Shown in pieces: positions 53,006-64,000 of a stretch of DNA of 64,000 nucleotides. The position numbers and the translations under genes were made by a program. The number at the start of each line of letters is the position of its first letter. Position 1 is the first letter of the stretch. The stretch is taken from the NCBI GenBank assembly GCA_002633005.1, contig NMRA01000232.1, positions 233,232 through 297,231 of the forward strand, written 5' to 3'. The notes beneath the pieces are model-generated. The model was not told the DNA's origin. It made no database searches and worked only from the letters and a program-made list of their open reading frames with translations. This stretch comes from Phoronis australis. Lineage: Eukaryota > Animalia > Phoronida.

Positions 53006-56000
53006 GTCCGTAGGTAGGCCTACACTTTTTCCATGAGAGTTCTTGGAACAACGTTATTTAGTCATGAACTCGCCTTTACAAATTAAAAAAATAATGAATA
53101 AGTAAAAATATCAAAGCAGATAAATTTTAGTAGTATTCAAAAAGCTTTCCGTTTGTAGTCTCAAGTTTCCAAAAGGTTTACATATCTGTAATGTATAGCC
53201 TGTTCAGTCAATAAAGAAATTTTAAGAAGAAAATTTTGCCATTATTTTTCTACACTTTCTAGTCACGTAACAGATGTCGTCAAAATGTCAGGATGTCGTG
53301 AAATATCGAGAAATTCTAAAAACGCAGTGAGTTTTTGAAAAACTCAAAATGACAATTTCGGCAAATGTTTAGCTCTAGAACTAGAAGAAAATTCACGTCA
53401 TTAGAAGAATATATCCTCGCACTGCATAACTTCTAAACTGTTTACCTTGGACTTTTCGCAATCTTTCCCTTTTATTTGTATTAAGTACAAAAGAGTCCGG
53501 TAAGTAGGGTAATCATGAAATAAGCAAAAGACAGGCATTTTTAATTCACTTAACCATGAAATAAGCTATATGTTCGGTCCATAAATCACGGCCTTCGGCG
53601 TAATCGCACATCTTGAATGAATTAATAACGTGATGAGGTGATTTGTTCCCCAAGAACTACCTTAGTTTTCTCTTACACGAGTCTTAACCATCAAATGTCC
53701 TGGGATAACACTGTACGCTATAGAAAGCCTATCTATTGTTAACAAAGTGGGTACCCGCTGTTCAAATAGCCCAATCTCATTTTACCTGAACACGTGCATC
53801 TTATTATTTCCACGCGCGCTCATACCTGAGGACCGTTCCTTTATGTTGGTGACTAATCGATCAAAGGACCGGCCTTTCTAATCTTATTAGTGCAAACATA
53901 AACAATATTTTCAACCATTTCCCAGTAAGACATTGTCATTAAACAGGAATGTCTACATTGTTAACGCGCCGTTAAGGCATGTAATTGCTGGTAAGTGTGA
54001 ACAGTTGAATTTTAGCCATACTTGCTATTAATTAGTCAAATAATGCTGCCGAAAGAATGCATTAAAATGTGTGCTTTGAATTGCCGAAATCTTACCAATT
54101 TACACCAAATATTTCATCGAAATCGTGTCACACCCGTTACTTTGGCAATATTAAGAGTGACACCAAAAAACAAATTTTAACAACATACAAGAGCCATGGT
54201 TAAATTATGAATTCGTAACAATGATTCCAAATGTGAACTGTATATATCAAATGCCTGTCCTCCTGACGCAAACAAGTTTACTTTAAACTGACGTCACTGG
54301 TCGACAATCAAGCATGGATACAAAGCGCAAAGTTGAACAGAATTACACGAATATATCTTAGACCTTAACAAGTTTACACTTCAACAGTTGTTCAGAGCTT
54401 TCTCATAAAAATGCACTTCAATTTTTGACTCGAAGCCTTAATTTGTCCAATAATCTGCAACAATTGACGACCTCACAATGTCATAAAATTACCAACTCGC
54501 TCAGGGTTGGAACAAATATCCTTTCATAAACAAAAGTTCAGGATAGTCAATCAACACCATATGTAAAATTCCTCGAAATTTGAGACATGTATTATGTGTG
54601 GACAAGAGATCTTTGATGAAAATGACAAAATAGTTAGTTTTTACGTGGTTTGTCCGTGACTGAGCTCAAGATTATAAACGAGCACGATGAGCAGAAGGAT
54701 ATGTGACATTAAAGTCCTAGTAGTACACGATTTTAACCCTCATTAAATAGAAAAAGTTATGAGGAACCAAGCTGTACCTATCCCATAACCAATACACAAT
54801 CCGTGGTAGAAGAAAGTTCAAATAAATGCGCCACTCATGATTCCGACACGAAGAACACACCTCTAATGGCGAAATCGGAAGTACATTTCATTCAGGAGCC
54901 CATGCTGTTACTGTGTCAGGGCAGCAAAATCAAGCACAGGAGCGCGTTATTGCAATTGAGGATTGGAGCTCACTGTTTTGAGATAAAACTTGTTTTTGTT
55001 TGTTGAAACCTCGTCGTGTTAGGATTTTTTACTATTTTACATTTTTAACGGCCGATTTGCTGCCTAAGTAAGCACGGCGGTCACACGTCCGGGTAGTCAC
55101 ACGGCAATTGCTCACTCCAGGCTGGTACTTTGCATCCGTTTTACGATATGGCGATAAAGATAAGACATTTGCTGGTTTAAAAAGTTTTTTCCTCTAATTT
55201 ATTTCCTAAACGGATACTGTTGTTGAAATTTGACGTAGTACCATCGCGATGAATCAGGGCTTACCTCAGTAGCCGAGTGATGGCGGCGGAGGATGCGACG
55301 TACTTCGCAACCTTATGATTATGCATTAAATACCATTCGTTATATGCAAAGAACAGGTAAAATTTGGTCAATAAACAATCAAGTTTTTATAAAAAGAACC
55401 AAAATGAGAATCAAAAACAACCAAACAAAGAAACAAAGCATTTACGCTCACGGTCATGTCAATACGTTTTCAAGGACACTAAGCACTAAAAAGTGTGTGT
55501 GTGGGGGGGGGGAGGGGGGGGTATGGTCCCCAGCCCCTCTGTAGCGCACCACCCATAGACTGTGAGGAGCACAGCACTATAGCCTCCAAGCTCCCCATGG
55601 ATTTTCTCCGGACTGGCGTTTTGGGAAGATTTTTGTGCTTTAACCGCGAATTTCTTGCAAACTGGTTAAAGCAGGGCACCGTGAATGGTGTTGGGAGAAA
55701 GAACAATTCCTCATGGTTTGTTGAACCTCTGTTTTGTGTAAATATATTGAATTTTGTGTTTGCTATGGACGTCTGAAGTGAAGCACCCGTGGAATTTCTA
55801 GTCGGGAGTGTCATACATTGTAGTATTATATAGTGTATTGTGGACGATCAGAAGCTGAGGACGCCTGTGGTTGAGCTAGGCGCTACAGTCCTGTGTTCTC
55901 AGAAGAACGTGTACTAGACACGAGTATGCGGTATACGCTTGATAGTCAGCGCCTTTTTGTGGGAATTTGTGCATATTTCCTTTGCGCACACTCAGATATA

Positions 56001-57694
56001 AACTGTTGCATTTTCAGTTCTCAGTTCAGCACTTTAACCACTAGATCACTACGCACCGCATACCTGTGCTCGTTCCTCAAGGAATGGCGTTACACCTGAA
56101 GATGGCTGTACAAATGACCGACCGAAACGTCGTACAAATGTAAATAAGCTAGAGGTAGTTGTAACTAGACCAATAGATTTTAGAAATGATGTTAAAATGT
56201 TATCGCATCACCGAGTCATTACCATAATCATGAAGATGTTTAAATGATCAACCCTCGGTTAAGTGTTGGCAATTTAGTCGATGTCGGAACAATTCACGCC
56301 CAACTTACCGTCAAATTATATCTATTTCTGAACGTACAAATGGCACTTATTTCGACAATTAGGAAAAGTTGTGTTTCATTTGGCGTTAATAAAGACCCAA
56401 TTCAGTGTAATTGTATGGCTATTTGTATAACGGATGACAAGGGAGATCTTCAAGAAAGCTACCTCGCCGGATTCTGTATGGGAGATAATCATGTTTGCAC
56501 GTATGAGGATTCAGCCGAGATCCATGGAATTCTATAGGACTAAAATGTTTGCCTACCAAAGTGTATTTCAGACTATTTTAAGATCAAACATTGACTTTAC
56601 TTACAAGTCAGAAAAACACCACAAACAATAGAAAGAACAACAAGAGGTTAGCACCGTAGTTTCATTAGCATAGAGACGCCATATTAGAGGCGCTGAAATC
56701 TAATGCTATAATGGGCAAAATCTCTGTCAAAATACAATGTTTAGCAAAAAAATAATATTGACATCGATTAAAAAAATTCTACAATGGGTGAGCGCATTAA
56801 GCCCTACTACTCCGTTAATGTACAATTTTTGTGCAAATGAAACTTTCACGCACCATTTACTCAGTTTTAATAACGTAAACATTATGCTTATAGAGCCCTT
56901 TGTGTTTCCAAGGGGACTTTCCACGTTAAGAAGATCTGCTCTAAAACTCCATTGAAACACCTCCAATAATACGTTTTAGTCCTGTGTATTCGTGGCTGTT
57001 TTTCATCTGCCGTCCGGCCGTATAACAGCTTTTGGGTTGATTTAACATTTTCTCTATTACAATCAATGTACAGTAAGGTTTGCATTGGGTGTTGTGATAA
57101 GAAAAAAAGCTTAGTACATTCAAGCGCGTTTTACTTTAATTCAAAACTTGAGTTCAAGTTGTCGAATCGAATGTTTTACCTGAAATTTCAAACAATTTAA
57201 GGTAACTGGAATTTGAATGACAATGTTTCAAACTTTTCAGGGGACACTGTTTATATTCCCTGGGTTTGCATATTTTCTTGTACCCGGCTAAAAGATCACG
57301 ATTGCTATCGAAGTATAAAATTCAAACGATTAGCCGTCTCATTCGCCAAGGTCTGGTCTAGCCAGCACCCAAGGTGTGCGGTGTCTATAATTTCAATCCA
57401 GAGAGTGCGCCAGTAAAATAAACTTGTTTGCCGCGAGTTAGAATTTTACATTATGTGTTTGGCAGCGTATATTTCATAAATCTATTCATAAACACGCACC
57501 AACATTTTGAAGGGGGAGAATTGACAAAGGGATTTGTCTTAGCTATTCTAGTAATAAGTGTATTTTGGAAGCAGCTTAGAATTTCGTAGTAAAAATTTCA
57601 CACTACTTTGAAGTGTCAGTAAACGTTAAATATTAAAAATAGTTGTTGCAAAACTTCAGAGCTACTAACCAGGCCAATTTTAGACATCTTGCTG

Positions 57695-57928
57695 CATGCA
57701 CGCACCCAGGGGGAGGGGGGGGGGCTCGGGGGCGAAGTGGGCAAAAAGGTCCTCCCCGAGAGACAAAAAGTCCTAGGAAATGGGACAAAATTTTCACTAA
57801 ATAAGACAAATGTGCAATTCACAGTGGTGCTCCCGTTTTTTTTTTTAGTCCGCCCGCTCTTTTGTAAGCAAAAGGTCCACAACGCCGGGAATTCGAGCCT
57901 TCCAAATTGAAGGCTGGGTGCGCGCATG
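57695..57928. mobile_element. CATG-ended MITE (family B), 234 bp
   Basis: TIR CATGCACGCACCCAG / CTGGGTGCGCGCATG with flanks TGCTG / TGCTC; related ends at 26084-26234. Confidence 0.75.
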
Positions 57929-59342
57929 TGCTCTCACCATAGGTCGCAGGGGTGATTCGAAGACAGTCATGTGAGTGGCGAGTACTACTTTGTTTTGTGT
58001 ACCGTGGCCGAAATGTCCTTCAATCGATCTTCTAAGTGCGTTGAAAGCCAATGTTTCATTGTCGATTGGCCTCTGCGTATCGTTCGAGTAGTTTCACGTG
58101 AACATATCCAAAAGATTATGAGAGATTATGTTGGCTTACTGAACAGATAAAGATGTGCGGTGCCTTTGTATGCAATTTTGTTTACCTGTAACGAGTGTGC
58201 AGAACAGCGTGATCCGAAATGAGTTGGAAAGTGTGCCGGCGTCGTAATCCCCGCTAGTGCGTTAAGGCGTATTAGAAACCTCCAGACCACCTGTAGAGCA
58301 GGGAGTATGTGTTTGTTTATTTGTGGGGATCAGCTGTATCACACTCCAGACCTGAACCCTGTCAAGTAGCGTCTCTTACCTGCATGGCGGTGAACACAAA
58401 GGGTGTTAGTTAGCATATGCAAACTATCATTAGACCGTGAACTGTACCCACGCCTCTTAACTCAGGTAAAGCTTGCTTATAGATGAAGGACTCCAATAAT
58501 TACCCCGTAATGGCTTCTTTGACATACCGACGCAGCTGCACATATGCCCCCGAGAGCACGCAATATTTCAAAATAGAATGTGGTTTCTGTTGCTATGTCT
58601 CCTGCTATTATTGACCTCGAGAGCATTTTTTTATCCCACGATTCCTCTATTAATTGATGTTGTCAATTGAACCATCAATGCTCATCTAGTCATGGAAAAC
58701 ATGTCCAAATCATTTCGCTACGCTGTGCCGTGCTTACGCTTTACTAATAGTTTTATAGTGATTGTATGCACACGCACACGCCTTAGTTCACGAAAATAAA
58801 TAGCCAAAGACAGCTGAAAGCTCAAGCGCCACAGCTTAGTTAGCTAAAAAGATCCACAGTACGTACGTACGTGTACAGTTTACATGCTCTTAAGACAAGC
58901 GAGGTCAGTCACTGAATTTTTCGCGACAAAATGTACCTGCATACATAAAGCTGTATTCAGAATTAAAGATTTTGCTATTTTTCTCATGATTTGTCTCGTC
59001 TTCACTCGCGCAATGATATTTTTGGGAAATATTCAGGCTATTGCAAATTTTGTTTAATTTAAGCAAACATCCGAGTTTCCAATTTCACTTAAGGTAGTCA
59101 TTAAATCGCGATTAACATGTAGTCTCATGTTGTCAACAAGTAAGTTAGACATTTGCGTAGATAACATGCCCATAGGTGAATGCAAACATAACTAAACGCG
59201 TTTATTTGCTAATTTATTTGCAGTCATCTATGGTAGAATTCCCCAATGAGATCGATGTCACGTGACGGTGACATTTAATCAGAGCGCAAACAAGAGACGG
59301 CGTATAGCGACGGATGTGGAAGTAGTTATTTGGACATGATAT

Positions 59343-62300
59343 ATGTACACGAACTCGGACGAAATAAACAGAAGCGGAATAAAAAGTGACCAAAAGAGAG
59401 CGATGGCTACAATAAAAGAACAAAAGACTGTCAAAGGCGCGAAACATTTGGTGACCGCAAAGGTAAAGGGTGAATGCACTAACATACGTACACAAAGACG
59501 GTAGCCAGAAGTCACGGAGGTGGTGTACTTGGCCAATGACGGGCAAAGCTTTTTACGGAAGGGAGGTTCAAGTAAAACGATAGGTTTCTGAGGAGAATTC
59601 CATATGAGCAGAAACGGAATTAGACTGCCGCGAACTCTGCGTCCAGCGGTCTATAGTAATGGAAATACATAGAAATCGTCTGTTGTCACGTGATTTTTGT
59701 TTGCCACTTAAGTCAAAAAGGGGCCCCGGGCCCCTGAACACCTCCCCTGGATCCGCCTATGGTGGCGGCTTGAACGCACTGGTTGATTGTACAGGACATA
59801 AGATACAAGATATAGTCAGCGTTAGTTCAGTGACATGTTTACTTTAGTCCTGAGGGACTTCTACTACTATTCCGTTCACACAGAAATTAAACACTGGACT
59901 ATTTTCGCTTGTACATGTACGTTCATTAGTAATTTGATTGGTTGCAAAGCTCGTTTTTGTGAGTCCAGTGTAGTATTTTGACAGGATTCTGATTTGCTTC
60001 ACCTATATAACTAACAATGTTGTTGTTTTGCTATTGTAAAATTAAGAAGATAGACAAGTTGCCAACTAAATACAGAAGCCTATATACAATACTTATGGAA
60101 TCACATTGCCATTTGCAGATGTCGAAGCCATTGATGGAGAAGCGCCGCCGTGTGAGAATAAATGAAAGCTTGACACAAATGCGAATGTTGATGTACGACC
60201 ATACGAAAGACTTTGTAAGTGTTAATGTGCATATATAGCCCAAATCAAAACACCAAAAAAAAAACATCACCTTACCACATTTTCCATGATATTTTTTAGA
60301 ACTCTTTTTCGGTGACGCGTCAGAGTGACAATATGTTATCCTTTTTTCATTTCACGCTGTTTTACACGCCATATTTGCGTTTCTCTGGTTATCTTCAAAC
60401 ACGTGGCAAATAACAATAATAATAATAGATATTATATTTATCTTACTGCGCGAAATGTATGTTTAGCTTGTCATAAGATGCATTCAAGATTTTTAAAAAA
60501 TGCCTTATTTATTTTCCAGTGAAGTAATTTCAGTAGTTATTCGTGTGTTTACGTTATGGTGCTCAACCAATGTTGACATTTCTCGAGTGGATTGCGAGAT
60601 TTGTTATTTTCGACCATCATATTTGGTTTCCGTGTTTTCAAATCACTTTTTGTGTGAAGTGAAAACGCGTTGAACATAAACCAGGATACAAGGTAAGCCG
60701 ATAAGTTAAAATGTGTTCAAAATAAGTATTTTGTTATGTATTATATGTCGTAAGCCCAGAAAGCCATAAACAAAAATTTTGTATTGGGCCACTAATTTCC
60801 CAAACTGTATGATTTTCTTCATTCAGAACCGGGTTCAAAAGGTGGAAAAAGCCGACATCCTCCAGAACACCGTCAAGTTTATTAAAAGAAACGGTACTTG
60901 TGATGGCATGTCTCCAACAGGTAAAGAACACAGATAAGTTCTAAACAGACCGCCTAAATAGCAACACAAAGAAAAACTGATATTAAACCTAACATCAAAA
61001 TGACAAACATATTTTGTCCACGCTAAAGGATGGGATAAGCTAATTGAAATGTTCAAGGCGCGCAATCACTAGGGTACAAGCGACGGCGCCGCGTCAGTGG
61101 CTTGCAGAAGATAAGTTATTCTCACACAATAGATAATTAGCTTTGATGTCAATGTTTTGCGTAAGCATTGCCGATTGTACGGTAAGTTTACATAACTCTA
61201 CCGAGATTGACAATACCTAAGATTCCATGTATTGCAGAGTCGTTTGCCACGAATAATCTGCAAATTGAGTTTAAATCCGGCTACTGTAAAGTTACAAGAA
61301 ACCTATCAAAACAAATTATGATCCCTGCCCGGGAGAAGATCAGTGGGGATATTTAATTTACGCAAATCCGAATAAGCCTCCATTGTCGAGAATACAAGCA
61401 TTCGCCAGAGAATTGTTAAAACTCGAGTCTGACCCCACACTTTGCTGATCTTGAATTTTCCGATGAAGTTATACAATGACATTCATCGCTCCCCAATTCT
61501 TTTCTTCTGTTGAATGCGATACATTACGTGACAAAACTGTAAAATGCATTACACAAAAATGTTTATTCGAAATAGCTCCTCATATGGTTTACAGTCCTGT
61601 AACGTACAACTATGTACTAGACGTCCCCGTGAGATAAACAACCGAGCATCGAATTTGGAATTCATCGGTCCGATCTGCTATCCAAACACAAAAGTATTTT
61701 GCATTGGTGCGTTTAAAAATATTTTCGAAGATGCCCAAAAGGAAGTTCAACATCGTTTTAGATATTGCGGCCGGTATGCATCGCAACTAGTGGTGCTGGT
61801 GCGACGGTGACGTGGCTCGCGTGCAGTATTTTTTCATATAACCACATGCGAAATTTTCAGACGAAAAGGCATGATATTATCACGTAACAACGGGCATCAA
61901 AAACAATACCAAGTGACCAAATCTGCGTTTGATAACTTCTGCTTCATTTCTCGCAAATTGTCCCTTTGTCGAAGTATTTTTGAGCATGCTCACGAAATGT
62001 CGTATAGTTCCACAAGATATTGTTTGGGAGTTCCGGGTGAGCCAACACGTGGACCAGACGGTCTCGTCACTTAGTGACTGGGCTCGCGTGAGTGGACCAC
62101 AGCGGCGTAGTTTTGACCTGGAACCAATATCAATGAAGTATCATTTCCAGGTTTGACGAGCTTGAAAAGTTCTGAAGATACATGAGATAGGTCAAGTCCA
62201 CCAAATTTAATTCAAGACTCAACTCGAAAGTAGAATTTCAAGTTTTCTCAATAGTATCAGAAAGGGTACCAAAAGTAGTTTGGAATTATTTAAGACAACT

Positions 62301-63559
62301 TGTTAATCCTGGTTTCGACCAGCGAACTACAAGTTCTTCTAAGACCATAAATTGCTCCCAATTTAAAGTTTAATTTCGTCCTGTTCAGCTAACTAAAAAC
62401 GATAATCGAATAAGGCCTTTTAACTCTCTTATAAAATCGGTCTCACAAAATTCCGTACCGAGGTAGGATTCTATTTCCAGTACCAATAAAAGTCGCGGGC
62501 AATGCGTACACCACCATTTTCGCAATGTTAGGCTTAACCAACCCCAATAAACTCCAAAAACGTTTTCTTGAATCGCTGATGGTTTCGATGTTCCTGTTGG
62601 TAAGGAAAATAACCTTTCAGTGTAAGGAATATGATGAGACTAGTTTTATATGTAACAGAACCTTATTATCAGGTCTGAATACTTAACCAGATATCTACAA
62701 AAGTATTAGCCCATTAAGGTATATATTTTCTGAAACTACACAGCCTGTAGAATTTGATTTTTGACTTGTTATCCACCTGCTATGAATTGCATCACGTGCA
62801 TTTTTAGTCAAATTTATGAAAAAGAAACACGATAGCAAACTAACGTATCAGTTCAAAGCAACTGTTACAGTTTTCTAAAATACGACTTTTTGGGAAAATC
62901 ATAAAAGTCCTCTTTGATGGCCCCTAATGCAAGAGTGGACCATTTTAAAAAGAATTCCTAACAATGTTTTGGAGAACGGGAGCATAAAGCTTAGTGCTTG
63001 ACAAATATGATGTTCTCGACGAAGTTAGCCAAAGTTGCACACTTTTCTATGGCCCTTCATAGCTTTAAGCAGGGCGTAATACAACTTTAATATATGTTAT
63101 TTTACAGATTTTGCTGTGCAAGGATCATCTGCCGGCTTTTTGGATTGTATGGCTAGCGTTCTGGATCAGTTGGATTCTTCCGGCTTTGAAAGCATGGAGG
63201 TGCGCGAGCATCTCGTTAACTTTTTAGCGTCGAAATTCTTCTCATCTCAAATCGAAGAGACACCACACAGTTTACAAACCCATACAGCAGCAAGAAAAAA
63301 ATTGCACTCGCGTGTTGATGTTTCAGCGGAAGAAGAGTTGCTGAAAAAAGTGGGTAACTGCGAGCATCTAATCGAAAAACAAATAAACATCATGGCTTCT
63401 GGAAAGGCTTTGGTGGGAATGTATTTCCCGATAAGTACACTTATTCAATTGCCAAATGCAAATTCATCTTTTGCGGGAATTCCTGAGGATAATCTCCTCC
63501 AGGGAACCCTGTTACAGTTACGTTACACATCGCCTGGTGACTGGAACAGGCTTATGTAA
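59343..63559 (+). CDS. Divergent HES-family bHLH-Orange paralog lacking WRPW, ~253 aa; exons 59343-59462 (or from ATG 59403), 60119-60214, 60827-60920, 63108-63559
   Basis: Exon 2 [22 protein letters not shown] is 96 nt, the same length and phase as exon 2 of the first HES. Exon 3 NRVQKVEKADILQNTVKFIKR ends in phase 1. Exon 4 has Orange-like AGFLDCMASVLDQL...VREHLVNFL and ends SPGDWNRLM*. Exon 1 is inferred only from an open frame ending AAG|gtaaag. Confidence 0.85.
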
Positions 63560-63645
63560 ACTTGTGATGTCTGATAGTGTACATATTGTCCATCATTGAT
63601 GTTGCTTTATGGCTTTAGCACAGACACAACACTCTTATAACTCAA

Positions 63646-64000
63646 TTTTTTTTTTTTCACTGTGATATATATTTATTGAAGGATACACAGAACATACAAA
63701 GAAATAATAACAAACCCAGAAACCGCGAAGCATTATATCTGGGTTGTAAACAATTCATAAATGAAACTTATATACATAGAGATATATACAATTAAGTAGT
63801 ATCTAAAATAAGTATTCCAATACTTAGACATGCTATTACAGATATATAAAAACAAAAATATTTACAGATTCATGTAGGGAAATCAGATGCAACAATATTG
63901 ATAAACGGTATATAAAAATTTGCTAACGTTGCTTAGGAGGAATTCGTTAAGAACAAAGTCAAGGTTAGGACTACCATTCAGTAATAATGTAACTCTAGTA
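63646..64000 (-). mobile_element. 3' end of a non-LTR retrotransposon (LINE-like), continuing beyond the window
   Basis: Minus strand reads ...TLLLNGSPNLDFVLNEFLLSNVSKFLYTVYQYCCI*, resembling LINE ORF2 C-termini, then a T-rich UTR, AATAAA (63672-63677) and an A12 tail (63646-63657). Confidence 0.65.

Noticed and set aside
175-62156. Most ORFs in the six-frame track
   Set aside because: Short, low-information frames in introns, repeats or antisense to exons. Only those overlapping the four spliced genes have recognisable motifs.

Overview
Intron-rich, AT-rich animal (invertebrate-type) genomic DNA, so almost all of the supplied ORF track is spurious. Four spliced genes can be assembled from canonical GT-AG exons: the 3' part of CTP synthase (+, 12 exons, 418-12381), a complete SYF2 splicing factor (-, 7 exons, 17658-23186, convergent with CTPS), a canonical Hairy/HES1-type bHLH-Orange-WRPW repressor (+, 45801-47451), and a tandem, strongly diverged HES paralog (+, 59343-63559). 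The paralog keeps its bHLH, Orange domain and exon phases but ends in WNRLM instead of the Groucho-binding WRPW. A ~22 kb non-coding interval precedes the first HES gene. It holds an orphan Notch/Su(H)-type module at 28-29 kb that mirrors the HES proximal promoter. The window also has many non-autonomous inverted-repeat transposons (hAT-like MITEs with 5-, 6- and 8-bp TSDs, foldback elements, a three-level nested insertion), SINE fragments and a LINE 3' end next to the paralog's stop codon. All calls were read by eye; no database search was run and the species is not identified.
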